Shown: piece after piece, positions 18,946-28,523 of the stretch
How the letters are laid out: every line of letters starts with the position of its first letter
Numbering within the stretch: the stretch's first letter is position 1
Assembly: GCA_035461175.1 (NCBI GenBank)
Contig: DATHVR010000094.1
Location: 1 to 55,924, forward strand
Source: Acidimicrobiia bacterium
Lineage (GTDB): Bacteria > Actinomycetota > Acidimicrobiia > Spongiisociales > ZC4RG35
Length of the DNA: 55,924 nt
Reading direction: 5' to 3'
Made by a program: the position numbers and the translations under genes
The notes under the pieces: generated by a model
The model's database searches: none
What the model was told of the DNA's origin: nothing
Seen by the model: the letters and a program-made list of their open reading frames with translations, nothing else

Positions 18946-19058
18946 CGGCTGTTGGCCAGCAGACAACCTCACAAGAGTGGAAAGACAAGAGACAATGGAC
19001 TTCAGAGCCCATCGACATCAAACTCTGGCCGTCTGGTCGACGATAGGAGCACAACCAC

Positions 19059-19286
19059 ATGAGCAAGCAAAGTAGCGACAGCCCGGGTTCCTCGTTGCCC
19101 GTGCTGGCACTGACCGGGTTGGGGATCCTCATCACCGTTCTTGGCCTCTTCGCCGCCGGCGACATGGCTATCGTCGTCATCGGCCTGGCTGCGATCTTCG
19201 GTGCGGGGGTGATCGGTGTGATCGAGCGCCTCATCGAAGGGCGCAGGGTCCAACCGGACGACGAGCACGAAAGAGCCGAAACATGA
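19059..19286 (+). CDS. Small two-TM membrane protein, 75 aa
   Basis: AGGAG RBS before ATG; two hydrophobic helices. Confidence 0.65.
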   Translation: MSKQSSDSPGSSLPVLALTGLGILITVLGLFAAGDMAIVVIGLAAIFGAGVIGVIERLIEGRRVQPDDEHERAET

Positions 19287-19702
19287 ATATCCGTCTCGCC
19301 ATTGCTCGCATCGAGTCAGCCGCGCCCTGTGAGGCCCTGTGGTCCGCGGCGGGATGGTCAGGATCGAGATGGTCGAATAGCCATATCCGCCTCTCATTCC
19401 CGATGGCTGGGATGGCACGTCTCGTATCCTCATGATCCTTGAACTGGAGATGCCAGCTCTTGAAGAGGAGGTCAAGTTCTGGTGCTAAACACGGAATTCC
19501 TAAGCGCCCCTCAAGAACAGCCGACTACCAATGTGGGCTAGGTGCCTGGTCCGCCGTGCTGTTGGGGCTCCGGGAATTTCACCTGGATCATCGGTGCGTT
19601 GACTAGGGGTGGTCACCGTTGGCGGGATTGGCGATGAATGGGTCTTCCGATTGTTTCGTGTTGTGTTAGCGGCTTCGCCTGGTGGGATAACCCCCCGGGG
19701 GT

Positions 19703-20335
19703 CTAGTCGAGGCGTATGAGGCCGGCTCTCAGGGCGGCGGTGACTGCCGCTGTTCGGCTGTCAACGCCGAGCTTGTCGTAGATGTGAATGAGGTGGGTCT
19801 TGACAGTGGCTTCGCTGACGTAGAGTGCCTGGCCGACTTCTCGGTTGGATGACCCTTCGGCGATGAGTTCGAGCACGGCGACCTCTCGTTCGGTGAGAGG
19901 CGTCACCGGATCCTCGCTGGTGTTGGCCAGTGCGTTGGCGACACCTGGAGCCATGACGGTTTGTCCTTGGGCAACGGTGCGAATGGCGGCGAATAGCTCG
20001 CTGCGAGGAGCGTCTTTGAGGAGGTATCCGGATGCGCCGGCGGCGATGGCTGAGCGAACGTCGGCGGTGGTGTCGTAGGTGGTGAGGACGAGCACTTTGA
20101 GGTCGGGATGGTGCAGAACCAGCGCCTTTGTGGCTGCGATCCCATCGAGATGGGGCATCTTGAGGTCCATGAGGACGACGTCGGGGTTCAGTTCCTCAAC
20201 GAGGGCCAGGGCTTCGCGACCGTTGGATCCCTGGCCGACCACCTCGAGATCTTCTGCTCCAGCCAGCATGCCTGCCAGTCCGTCTCGCACGACGGGGTGG
20301 TCGTCGACGATCAGGACTCGGATCGGTGCGCTCAT
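19703..20335 (-). CDS. NarL/LuxR-family response regulator
   Basis: IRVLIVDDHPVVRDG, DVVLMDLKMP, VLTTY, GYLLKD, LTEREVAVL...VKTHLIHIYDKLGV. Confidence 0.95.
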   Translation of the reverse strand: MSAPIRVLIVDDHPVVRDGLAGMLAGAEDLEVVGQGSNGREALALVEELNPDVVLMDLKMPHLDGIAATKALVLHHPDLKVLVLTTYDTTADVRSAIAAGASGYLLKDAPRSELFAAIRTVAQGQTVMAPGVANALANTSEDPVTPLTEREVAVLELIAEGSSNREVGQALYVSEATVKTHLIHIYDKLGVDSRTAAVTAALRAGLIRLD

Positions 20336-21804
20336 ACCTGTCCCGGGGGGATCGGCAGGACGGCCGATATCGTGGTGCCTTCGCCGCGGCCGCTCTTCAC
20401 CATGAGGCGCCCTCCGAGTTCTTCGATGCGGTCTCTCATGGTGCGTAGGCCGTAGCCGGAGCCGTCTTGCCGGCTGTGAGGAGGGTCGGCGGCATCGAAG
20501 CCGACGCCGTCGTCGTTCACTTCCAGTCGGAGTTCGCCCGGGCCGTATTGGAGGTTTAGGGCGGCTCGGCGGGCGGCGGCGTGTTGATGGATGTTGGCTA
20601 ACGCCTCTTGGGCGACGCGGAGGATTGCCGCTTCGTGAGCCGGTGAAAGGTTGCGGACCTGTCCGGAGGCGCTGTAGCGGGCAGGAATGCTGGTCTCTTC
20701 GCGCCACCGTTCGACTAGGTGGCCCACCGCATCGGTCAGGGTCGCGTCGACGAGTTCGGCGGGTCGTTTGTCCCGGACGAAGGCACGGGCGGCCTCCAAT
20801 CCCTGTCGTGCGCTCTGTCGGGCGATACCGAGTCGCCGGGTTACCTCTTGTGGATGTTGCGGAAACGCTCCTTCGGCTGCTTCCAGTTGGGTGACGATGC
20901 TGGTGAGAGCCTGGGCCAGGTTGTCGTGGACTTCCCGGGCCAGCCGTTCCCTCTCTTCGAATACACCGGCGGTGCGAGCCCGGTCGGCGAGTCTGAGGTT
21001 GTCGAGCATCACCCCGACGTGGGGGCCAATGGTGTGCCACCGGGCCCGCTCGTCGGCTGTGAGTTCTCGCTCTGTGGTTACGACCAGGGCGTCGTCACGG
21101 GTTGAACTGAGCGGAACCACCAGCCCGGGCCCGGTGACTGTCCCCGACCGGGAAATAGTTACCGAGTCGCCGGGGCTCCCGAGGTGGGTGATGACTGCTG
21201 CGCACACTGCTCGTTCTGTTCTGGCTGCGGCGACTGCCGCCGTGGCGGTGTGGATCCTGTGTAGCTCATCGAGGGCGTGTCGGCGGCGCCGGGACTGGCC
21301 ATGGACCCCTTCGATGAAGTAGCCGATCGCCACGGCGACGACGCCACTCGCTATCACACTGGCCGCGGCGCCGGGGTCGTCTTGGGCGCGGGGCACGACA
21401 CCAACCGCCAGACCCAACGTAACAAGCACGACGCCCACCCACTTCCACCGACCCAGAAACAGGAAAGCCTGGGGGTAAAGGGCATATACCAACAAGAAAT
21501 AGGCGGGGTTGCGTTGGATCAGGACAGTGGCAAACACGACGGAGACGGCGAAGTAACCGAGGAACATGCGGCTACCCCCTAGTCCATCCCAGTCTTCCAC
21601 GCCACGCACCAACAGCAGATACAGACCCGCCCACACAGTGGCCAGCGCAACGGTCGCCGTTCGTACGCCGAGGCCGGTGGACGGGTCGGCGGCCGCGATG
21701 GCAGTGGGGATCCCCAAGCTTGCCGCGAACAGGCTATGCCATATCCATGCACGCCGGTTGATTGCTTCGGTGTCTCGCATGGCCGGCGCGTCGGGGACGA
21801 CCAT
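20332..21804 (-). CDS. Membrane sensor histidine kinase (HisKA_3/HATPase)
   Basis: About 5 TM; ERERLAREVHDNLAQ, LRVAQEALANIHQH, EVNDDGVGF, GYGLRTMRDR. Confidence 0.93.
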   Translation of the reverse strand: MVVPDAPAMRDTEAINRRAWIWHSLFAASLGIPTAIAAADPSTGLGVRTATVALATVWAGLYLLLVRGVEDWDGLGGSRMFLGYFAVSVVFATVLIQRNPAYFLLVYALYPQAFLFLGRWKWVGVVLVTLGLAVGVVPRAQDDPGAAASVIASGVVAVAIGYFIEGVHGQSRRRRHALDELHRIHTATAAVAAARTERAVCAAVITHLGSPGDSVTISRSGTVTGPGLVVPLSSTRDDALVVTTERELTADERARWHTIGPHVGVMLDNLRLADRARTAGVFEERERLAREVHDNLAQALTSIVTQLEAAEGAFPQHPQEVTRRLGIARQSARQGLEAARAFVRDKRPAELVDATLTDAVGHLVERWREETSIPARYSASGQVRNLSPAHEAAILRVAQEALANIHQHAAARRAALNLQYGPGELRLEVNDDGVGFDAADPPHSRQDGSGYGLRTMRDRIEELGGRLMVKSGRGEGTTISAVLPIPPGQV

Positions 21805-21806
21805 GC

Positions 21807-22541
21807 TCACTCCCAGCGGAACGTGCGGGCAGAGAGGGTTGCAGCGACGATGGCGGTGACGGCGAGGACAGCAATCGCCATCAGCGGTATCGGCCGTCCT
21901 GTCCATGGGTGTTGCATTGCCTCGATAGCGTAGGTGAGTGGAAGGAAGTCGCCCAGGGTCCGCAGGGTCTCGCTCATCACGTGACGTGGCCAAGTCGCCC
22001 CCGACAGGAAGATCATCGGGAAGTAGAGCCCGGCGGCAACGGCCTGCGCGGTCCTCGCCGTGCGGACCACCCCGGCGAGGAGGAATCCGAGCGCATAGAT
22101 GCTGGCTGCCGACAACAGCAACGCCACCAGCGCCCAGAGGGGATTCGTGGGCGGATTGAGGTCGAACGCCGCCATACCCACCGCAACCAGGACTCCCACC
22201 CCCACCACGGTGACGATCATGGCGACGACCACATGTGAAGCCAGTAGAACCGTCGACGACAGAGGGGTGGCGCGCTGGCGGCGGAGCACGCCTTGTTCGC
22301 GGTAGCCGGCCAGATGCACGGGCAGGACCATCAGTCCCATCGTGGCGATGACCAGAGCCATATAGCCTGGCACCAGGGTATCCAAGGCACCCACACCTCC
22401 CAGCTCGGGCACAGGGTCGTTGCCGTGTGTGCTGTTCATCACCAGCAGCAACAGGGGGAGACCGAGCACGAAGACGGCCGCGGCCGGTTCACGCATCAGA
22501 AGCTTCAGTTCTGTCCAGGTAGTGGTTGTGAATGCATGCAT
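21807..22541 (-). CDS. ABC-2 type exporter permease
   Basis: TELKLLMREP, YREQGVLRRQRATP, FLSGATWP...LPLTY; about 6 TM. Confidence 0.9.
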   Translation of the reverse strand: MHAFTTTTWTELKLLMREPAAAVFVLGLPLLLLVMNSTHGNDPVPELGGVGALDTLVPGYMALVIATMGLMVLPVHLAGYREQGVLRRQRATPLSSTVLLASHVVVAMIVTVVGVGVLVAVGMAAFDLNPPTNPLWALVALLLSAASIYALGFLLAGVVRTARTAQAVAAGLYFPMIFLSGATWPRHVMSETLRTLGDFLPLTYAIEAMQHPWTGRPIPLMAIAVLAVTAIVAATLSARTFRWE

Positions 22542-22564
22542 GATGTTCTCCTTCCTCGTTTCGT

Positions 22565-23332
22565 TTAGACGTAGTCGGCCAGGGCGCCGGTGAGCGTCAG
22601 GTAGGCGTCCTCGAAGTTGCGGGGAGACTCGCCGTCCTGTGAGGCCTGTGCCATGAGGGCGCTGGGCGTGCCAGAAGCAACGACCCGGCCGGCGGCGATC
22701 ACCGCTACCCGATCGCACAGCTGTTCCACTTCATCCATGAAATGAGTCACCAACAGGACGGACACTCCCTGGTCTCGCAGCTTGCGGACCAGTTGCCATG
22801 TGACGCGGCGGACCTCCGGGTCCAAACCCGTGGTCAGCTCGTCCAGCACCACCACCTCGGGGCTCCCGACCAGGGCGAGGGCGATGAAGAGACGCTGCCG
22901 CTGACCGCCCGATAGGGAGGCCACCGCGGCACCACGTTTGTCGGAGAGCTGCCAGTCGTTGAGGAGGCTCTCGATGTCGGCCGGGTCGGGGTAGTACGAG
23001 GCAAAAAGACGGAGGGCCTCTACCACCCGAAGACGTGCAGGAAGGGCCGATTGCTGAAGCTGTACCCCGACCCGCTCACGGACCGCCCGGACGTCATCGA
23101 CCGGATCGAGACCCAGCACGCGAATACGACCTTGATCCGGGCTGCGAAGACTGGCGATGCACTCGACGATCGTCGTCTTTCCGGCACCATTCGGGCCGAC
23201 GATCCCGAAGATCTCCCCACGTCGAACCTCCAGGCTCACGCCGCTCACGGCGGCTGTCGCCCCATAAGACTTCTCGATTCCCTGCACACTGATTATCGGC
23301 TCCAAGACGGCTCCTTGCCTCGCTTGCGCCAA
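22565..23332 (-). CDS. ABC exporter ATP-binding protein
   Basis: GPNGAGKT, LSGGQRQR, VVVLDELTTGLDP, VTHFMDE; true start may be the TTG about 9 codons downstream. Confidence 0.93.
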   Translation of the reverse strand: MAQARQGAVLEPIISVQGIEKSYGATAAVSGVSLEVRRGEIFGIVGPNGAGKTTIVECIASLRSPDQGRIRVLGLDPVDDVRAVRERVGVQLQQSALPARLRVVEALRLFASYYPDPADIESLLNDWQLSDKRGAAVASLSGGQRQRLFIALALVGSPEVVVLDELTTGLDPEVRRVTWQLVRKLRDQGVSVLLVTHFMDEVEQLCDRVAVIAAGRVVASGTPSALMAQASQDGESPRNFEDAYLTLTGALADYV

Positions 23333-23469
23333 TCATCAGGGCATCCCAGCTCAAGGGAATCAGCCGGTCGTTGAATCCGACATCCATCATTCGGTTGATC
23401 CTGTCGGACAGGGTTGATCGGTCACCCCATCCACTGCAGTGGGCCTCCAGGCGTATCTACCATGACAGT

Positions 23470-24180
23470 GTGCATGGCGCCGCGAATCGCGACGGACAAC
23501 GGTCAGCCGTCGAAGTCACGTTCCCGTTCACAGGGCTGTGGCTAGTCCAAAACAGCCCCGCTCGACGTGTCCCCAGCCATGGAAGCGAGCTCTTCGGCGA
23601 GAAGTATGCGATCGACTTCGTCGGGGTCGACGAACGTCATCGCAGTTCTCCCATCCGCGACTGGCGCACGACGTTCTCGAAAGAACCGCCAGAACGTTTT
23701 GTCGGGTTCGGTCGGCCACTCCTCGCTCCAGTCGCAGGTCAGGTAGCTGGCGTATACGATGGAGAGCCTGACCATGAGGCTCGACGTTCGCAGCTCGCCC
23801 TGATCCCGTATGCGTTCGGTCAGGCTTCCCGCATCCGGCAGGGCATCGGTGGCATCGCGGGGAACCACGTTGTCATTTCCGTTGCCGAGGGAGTGCATGT
23901 AGCCCTGGTTCACCTCAAGAAGAGCTCAATACGAGTGGCCCCTGGCCAGAGGGTCGACAGAGGTCAGCATCTCGCGGACTGCGGTAATTCGGGGAATTCG
24001 ACCGAGCCCCACGTCCACATGCAGGTCATGGATCAAGCGGATCCGAGCTCAGCTCGCGGCGTCCCCATGGTGTTCGACCGATTCCGGGAGTGGCGACGCG
24101 ACGCCCCCGGCTTTGTCGATCGCCAGAACGGCATTCCCGGCGAAGGCTCGGTCATCGAGCCGCTCCCATTCGACGTCTAG
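23470..24180 (+). CDS. M23 family metallopeptidase
   Basis: SH...YAIDF, GNHVVI, HLKKSS, GNSGNSTEPHVHMQ; start uncertain (ORF track 23371). Confidence 0.85.
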   Translation: MHGAANRDGQRSAVEVTFPFTGLWLVQNSPARRVPSHGSELFGEKYAIDFVGVDERHRSSPIRDWRTTFSKEPPERFVGFGRPLLAPVAGQVAGVYDGEPDHEARRSQLALIPYAFGQASRIRQGIGGIAGNHVVISVAEGVHVALVHLKKSSIRVAPGQRVDRGQHLADCGNSGNSTEPHVHMQVMDQADPSSARGVPMVFDRFREWRRDAPGFVDRQNGIPGEGSVIEPLPFDV

Positions 24181-25157
24181 TTGTGCTCCGCGGGGAGGTT
24201 GTCCTTGAGGATGCTGGCGGGGGTGGCCCAGCCGAGTGATCCGTGGGGTCGGTGGTGATTGTAGAAGTGGATGAACCCGGTGTAGGCCTGGTGACGTTCG
24301 GTCTCTGAGTCCCAGTGTCGGATGTAGGCCCATTCCTCGAGGAGGATCCGGTGGAACCGTTCGACTTTGCCGTTGGTCTGGGGTCGTCGTGGCCGTGTCT
24401 TTTTCACCGTGGTGCCGGTGGCTGCGCAGGCTCGATGCCATAGCCCCGACCGGTAGCAGGAGCCGTTGTCGGTTAGCACTCGTCTTGGGGTGACGCCGCG
24501 GGAGAGGAACCAGGCTGTGGCTCTCATCCAGAACCCGGCGGCAGTCGCTGCCTTCTCGTCTCCGAGGACCTCTGAGTAGACGAGCCGGCTGCGGTCATCG
24601 ACCGCCGAGTGGATATACCGGTATCCGACATAGCGGTGTTTGGAGTGCTCTCCGGTGTATCCACGGCCTCGTGTCCGCCATCCGCCGTCAGGCGGAATCG
24701 CAGCCAGCTTCTTGATGTCGACGTGGATTAGATCACCAGGTTTGTCCCACTGATACCGGTTCACCCGCCTCGTGTCGGTGGCCCGATCGCCACGGTCGAG
24801 ACGTCCCATGTTTGCCTGGTTGAGGATCGTTGGGACTGTCGACGCCGCCAATCCAACCTCGAAACCGATCCGGTCAGCACCCCAGCGACGTTTGTGTCGC
24901 AACCGCACCACTCGACGGCGTAGCTGGCGAGGCGTCCGGTTCGGTGATGAATGTGGCCGAGACGACCGATCCAACAGTCCGTCGTCGCCCTCAGCGAGAA
25001 ACCGGGCTCGCCACTTACGGACCGTCTTAGCGTCGACCTGGAACCGCTCCGCGGTCGCCTCCACCGACCAACCCCGATCAAGAACACACTCGACCATCCG
25101 CCGTCGCCCCTCAGGAGTAAGAGGCGCATTGGGATGCTGGGATCTAGCGTGCGACAT
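24177..25157 (-). CDS. IS481-family transposase
   Basis: HPNAPLTPEGRRRMV N-terminus; DDE triad in IHVDIKKL, LTDNGSCY, KVERFHR; TNGKVE motif. Confidence 0.95.
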   Translation of the reverse strand: MSHARSQHPNAPLTPEGRRRMVECVLDRGWSVEATAERFQVDAKTVRKWRARFLAEGDDGLLDRSSRPHSSPNRTPRQLRRRVVRLRHKRRWGADRIGFEVGLAASTVPTILNQANMGRLDRGDRATDTRRVNRYQWDKPGDLIHVDIKKLAAIPPDGGWRTRGRGYTGEHSKHRYVGYRYIHSAVDDRSRLVYSEVLGDEKAATAAGFWMRATAWFLSRGVTPRRVLTDNGSCYRSGLWHRACAATGTTVKKTRPRRPQTNGKVERFHRILLEEWAYIRHWDSETERHQAYTGFIHFYNHHRPHGSLGWATPASILKDNLPAEHN

Positions 25158-25259
25158 GAGCCCTCCTTATGAGTTGTGAGTCGCTAAACCCACAGTCTCA
25201 TTCGGAGGGCTCAACCATTCACACCATTCCGCCAAGGACAACGTCCCCGGTTGTCACAA
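24181..25259 (-). mobile_element. IS481-family insertion sequence flanked by CTAG at both ends
   Basis: Imperfect terminal IRs TTGTG(ctccgc)GGGGA(g)GTTGTCCTTG and CAAGGACAAC(g)TCCCC(ggttgt)CACAA; CTAG at 24177-24180 and 25260-25263. Confidence 0.9.
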
Positions 25260-26336
25260 CTAGGCCTCGACTCGGTCCAGCGCCTCAAGGAACCGGGTGT
25301 TCTCGTCGGCGGTGCCCACGGTGACCCTGACCCATTGCTCACCGAAGGTGCGGACGATGATCCCCTGGCGGACGTAGGCGAGGAACGGATCCTCGGCCCG
25401 GGAGCGGAACCAGGCGAAGTTGGTCTGGCTGTCGGCGTGAGTGAGGTTGCGGTCCTCGAGCGCGTCCAGGAGCAGGCGCCTTCCCCGGGCGTTGTCCTCG
25501 ACCCGGGCCGCCAGCCGATTGGGGTCATCCAGCGAGGCCGCCGCCGCCGCCTGGCCGGGCTGAGTCACGGTGAAGGGAGCCTGGGCCCGCCTCATCTCGG
25601 CGATGGTGGAGGGGTGGGCGATGGCGTAACCCACCCGCAGGGCGGCCAGGGAGTAGACCTTGGAAAAGGTCCGGGTCACGACCAGGTTGGTGCGGTCGGC
25701 CGCCAGTGACGCCATCGAACGGTAGTCGGCCGCCGTCACGAACTCCTGATATGCCTCGTCGATCACCACCGTCACCCGCTCGGGGATGTCCTCCACGAAG
25801 GCCGCCACCTCGTCGGTGGAGAGATGGGTCCCGGTGGGGTTGTTGGGATTGCACACGAAAACCAGCGTCGTCTCGTCGTCGATTGCCGTGGCCATCGACT
25901 CGAGATCGAGCCGATGCTCGGCGTCGAGGGGGATCTCCCGACGCTCGCTCATCGCCCACATCGCCCCGAGCCGATAGACGACGAAGGACGGCCAGGCGTA
26001 GACGACGTTGGTGCCCGGCCCGCCGACGGCCAGGGCCATCGTCCGCAACAGCTCGGATGAGCCTCCGCCCAACCAGATCGAGTCACGATGCACGCCGAGC
26101 GTCTCGCCCAGACGGGTGCGCAGCTCATAGCCCTCGTTGTCGGGATAGCGATTGGTGTTCTGCATCACCGAGGACATCGCCTCCAGGGCCTCCGGATAGG
26201 GCCCGAAGGGGCTCTCGTTCGAAGCCAACTTGATGATCCCGGCCGGATCGAGGCCGTGGCGCCGGGCGACCTCCTCGACCGGCAGCCCGGGCTCATAGGG
26301 GGCGATCTGGGCGAGATCGGGACGGTAGGTAGGCAT
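25260..26336 (-). CDS. hisC: Histidinol-phosphate aminotransferase
   Basis: IKLASNESP, CNPNNPTG, VIDEAYQEF, RTFSKVYSLAALRVGY (PLP lysine); could be the pat paralogue. Confidence 0.9.
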   Translation of the reverse strand: MPTYRPDLAQIAPYEPGLPVEEVARRHGLDPAGIIKLASNESPFGPYPEALEAMSSVMQNTNRYPDNEGYELRTRLGETLGVHRDSIWLGGGSSELLRTMALAVGGPGTNVVYAWPSFVVYRLGAMWAMSERREIPLDAEHRLDLESMATAIDDETTLVFVCNPNNPTGTHLSTDEVAAFVEDIPERVTVVIDEAYQEFVTAADYRSMASLAADRTNLVVTRTFSKVYSLAALRVGYAIAHPSTIAEMRRAQAPFTVTQPGQAAAAASLDDPNRLAARVEDNARGRRLLLDALEDRNLTHADSQTNFAWFRSRAEDPFLAYVRQGIIVRTFGEQWVRVTVGTADENTRFLEALDRVEA

Positions 26337-26410
26337 CGGGGCGAGAATAACCCGGTTGCATTCCAGGGGGTCGACCACACATCGAGCGCGGGTATGGCAC
26401 ACTCGACGCC

Positions 26411-28522
26411 ATGAGCGCTGATCCCCGTCAGGTCGTCGACGCTTCCGAGTATCCACTGGTCCAGGTGATCGATCCCGCCGGCAACCTCGTGGGCGAGGAT
26501 CCCGGGCTCGACCCGGACCTGTACCAGGACCTCTACCGCAACATGGTCCTGGCCCGCACCCTCGATCGCCGGATGCTCGCTCTCCAGCGGCAGGGGCGGG
26601 TCGGCACCTATCCCATGCTGGAGGGGCAGGAAGCGGTCCAGATCGGGTCCGCCCTCGCGCTGGGCGAGCACGACTTCGTCTTCCCCTCCTACCGTGAGCA
26701 TGGCGTCCAGATCGCCCGCGGCCTTCCGATCGAGGTGTTCATGGCCTACTGGCGGGGTCTGCCGAACCGCGACTGGGACCTCGCCCGCTACCGGCAGGGA
26801 ATCGTCACGGTTCCGATCGCCAGCCAACTCCCCCACGCCGTCGGCTACTCCTACGTCACCCGCCTGCGGGGCGAGGACACCGTCACCGCGGTCTACTTCG
26901 GTGATGGCGCCACTTCGGAAGTCGACTTCCACTCCGGGATGAACTTCGCCGGGGTGTGGAAGACTCCCACCGTCTTCATCTGCGCCAACAACCTGTACGC
27001 CATCTCGGTTCCCTACGAGAAGCAGACCGCCTCTCCCACCATCGCTCAGAAGGCCTCCGCCTACGGGTTCGAGGGGAAGCGGGTCGACGGCATGGACCCG
27101 ATCGCCGTCTACCTCGCCACCCGGGAGGCAGTGGAGGCGGCCCGGGCCGGCTCCGGCCCCACCCTTATCGAAGCGCTCACCTACCGGTATGGAGCCCATG
27201 CCACCGCCGACGATGCCCGGCTCTATCGGTCCGCCGCCGAGGAGGAGCAATGGCGCGAGCGGGACCCGATCCGGCGATTGGAAGGGTTCCTCGCCACCCG
27301 GGACGAATGGGATGAGGCCGTCGGCGAGAAGGTGGCCATGGAGACCGCCGACCTGGTCGAGGCCGCCATCACCGAGATCGAAGCCAGGCCCGACCCCGAC
27401 CGCTCGGATGTGGTCAGGCACGCCTTCTCCCGCATCCCCACCCAGGTAGTCGACCAGCTCCACGCCATGCAGAAATCCCACGGCGAACCAGAAACGGACT
27501 TCGACCCCGCCGACGTGTGGGTGCCCGGCGAAGACCAGCTCCCGTCCGGTCCCAGCGAGAAGTGGACCATGGCCCAGGCCATCAACGCCGCCCTCCGCCA
27601 GGCGCTGGAGCGCAACCCCGAGACGATCCTGCTGGGCGAGGACATCGGGGTCTCGGGCGGCGTGTTCCGCATCACCGAGGGCCTGCATCGCGACTTCGGC
27701 GAGGATCGGGTCATCGACACTCCCCTGAACGAGTCGGGGATCGTGGGAACGGCGGTGGGAATGGCGCTGGCGGGCGCCCGACCGGTGGCCGAGATCCAGT
27801 TCGACGGATTCGTCTACCCCGCCTTCGACCAGATCGTGTCGCATCTGGGACGGTTCAGGTACCGCACCCGGGGAAACTCCTCCGTCCCCGTGGTGGTGCG
27901 CTTTCCCAGCGGAGCGGGGATCGGCGCCCACGAGCACCATTGCGACTCGCCCGAGGCCTACTTCGTCCACGCCCCCGGACTCGTGGTGGTGTGCCCATCT
28001 TCGCCCCGCGACGCCAAGGGTCTGCTCGCCGCCGCCCTGGAAGGCGACGACCCCGTCATCTTCCTCGAACCCAAGGTGCTGTATCGGGCAGGACGCGAGG
28101 ACGTCCCCACCGACCATTTCACTCTCCCGATCGGCCGGGCCCGGGTCCGAAAGGACGGGGACGACGCCACCATCGTCACCTACGGGGGGATGGTGCCGGT
28201 GGCACTCGCAGCGGCCGAGTCGGTCGACGCCTCGGTGGAGGTGATCGACCTGCGCACCCTCTTTCCCTGGGACCGCCAGACCGTGCTCGACTCGGTGCGC
28301 CGCACCGGACGGCTGCTGGTCGTCCAGGAACCCCAGGGGGCGGCCGGCGTTGCCTCCGATGTGGCGGCGGTAGTGGCGGAGCAGGCGATCTTCGACCTGG
28401 TCGCTCCCATCCGCCGGGTGACGGGCCTCGATGTCCCCTGGCCCCAGTTCCACATCGAGCGCCACGGCCTGATCGACGCCGATCGGGTGCGGATGGAGCT
28501 CGAAGCACTCCTCGCCGACTGA
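26411..28522 (+). CDS. Fused 2-oxoacid (pyruvate/branched-chain) dehydrogenase E1 alpha-beta
   Basis: Alpha: GQEAVQIG, TPP motif GDGATSEVDF...N, YRYGAHATADD; beta: GEDIG..GGVFRIT, DTPLNESGIVG, EIQFDGF, IDLRTL. Confidence 0.93.
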   Translation: MSADPRQVVDASEYPLVQVIDPAGNLVGEDPGLDPDLYQDLYRNMVLARTLDRRMLALQRQGRVGTYPMLEGQEAVQIGSALALGEHDFVFPSYREHGVQIARGLPIEVFMAYWRGLPNRDWDLARYRQGIVTVPIASQLPHAVGYSYVTRLRGEDTVTAVYFGDGATSEVDFHSGMNFAGVWKTPTVFICANNLYAISVPYEKQTASPTIAQKASAYGFEGKRVDGMDPIAVYLATREAVEAARAGSGPTLIEALTYRYGAHATADDARLYRSAAEEEQWRERDPIRRLEGFLATRDEWDEAVGEKVAMETADLVEAAITEIEARPDPDRSDVVRHAFSRIPTQVVDQLHAMQKSHGEPETDFDPADVWVPGEDQLPSGPSEKWTMAQAINAALRQALERNPETILLGEDIGVSGGVFRITEGLHRDFGEDRVIDTPLNESGIVGTAVGMALAGARPVAEIQFDGFVYPAFDQIVSHLGRFRYRTRGNSSVPVVVRFPSGAGIGAHEHHCDSPEAYFVHAPGLVVVCPSSPRDAKGLLAAALEGDDPVIFLEPKVLYRAGREDVPTDHFTLPIGRARVRKDGDDATIVTYGGMVPVALAAAESVDASVEVIDLRTLFPWDRQTVLDSVRRTGRLLVVQEPQGAAGVASDVAAVVAEQAIFDLVAPIRRVTGLDVPWPQFHIERHGLIDADRVRMELEALLAD

Positions 28523-28523
28523 A

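Noticed and set aside
19490-19700. Possible IS end or ncRNA in the gap before the response regulator
   Set aside because: No convincing inverted repeat, second copy or stable structure visible
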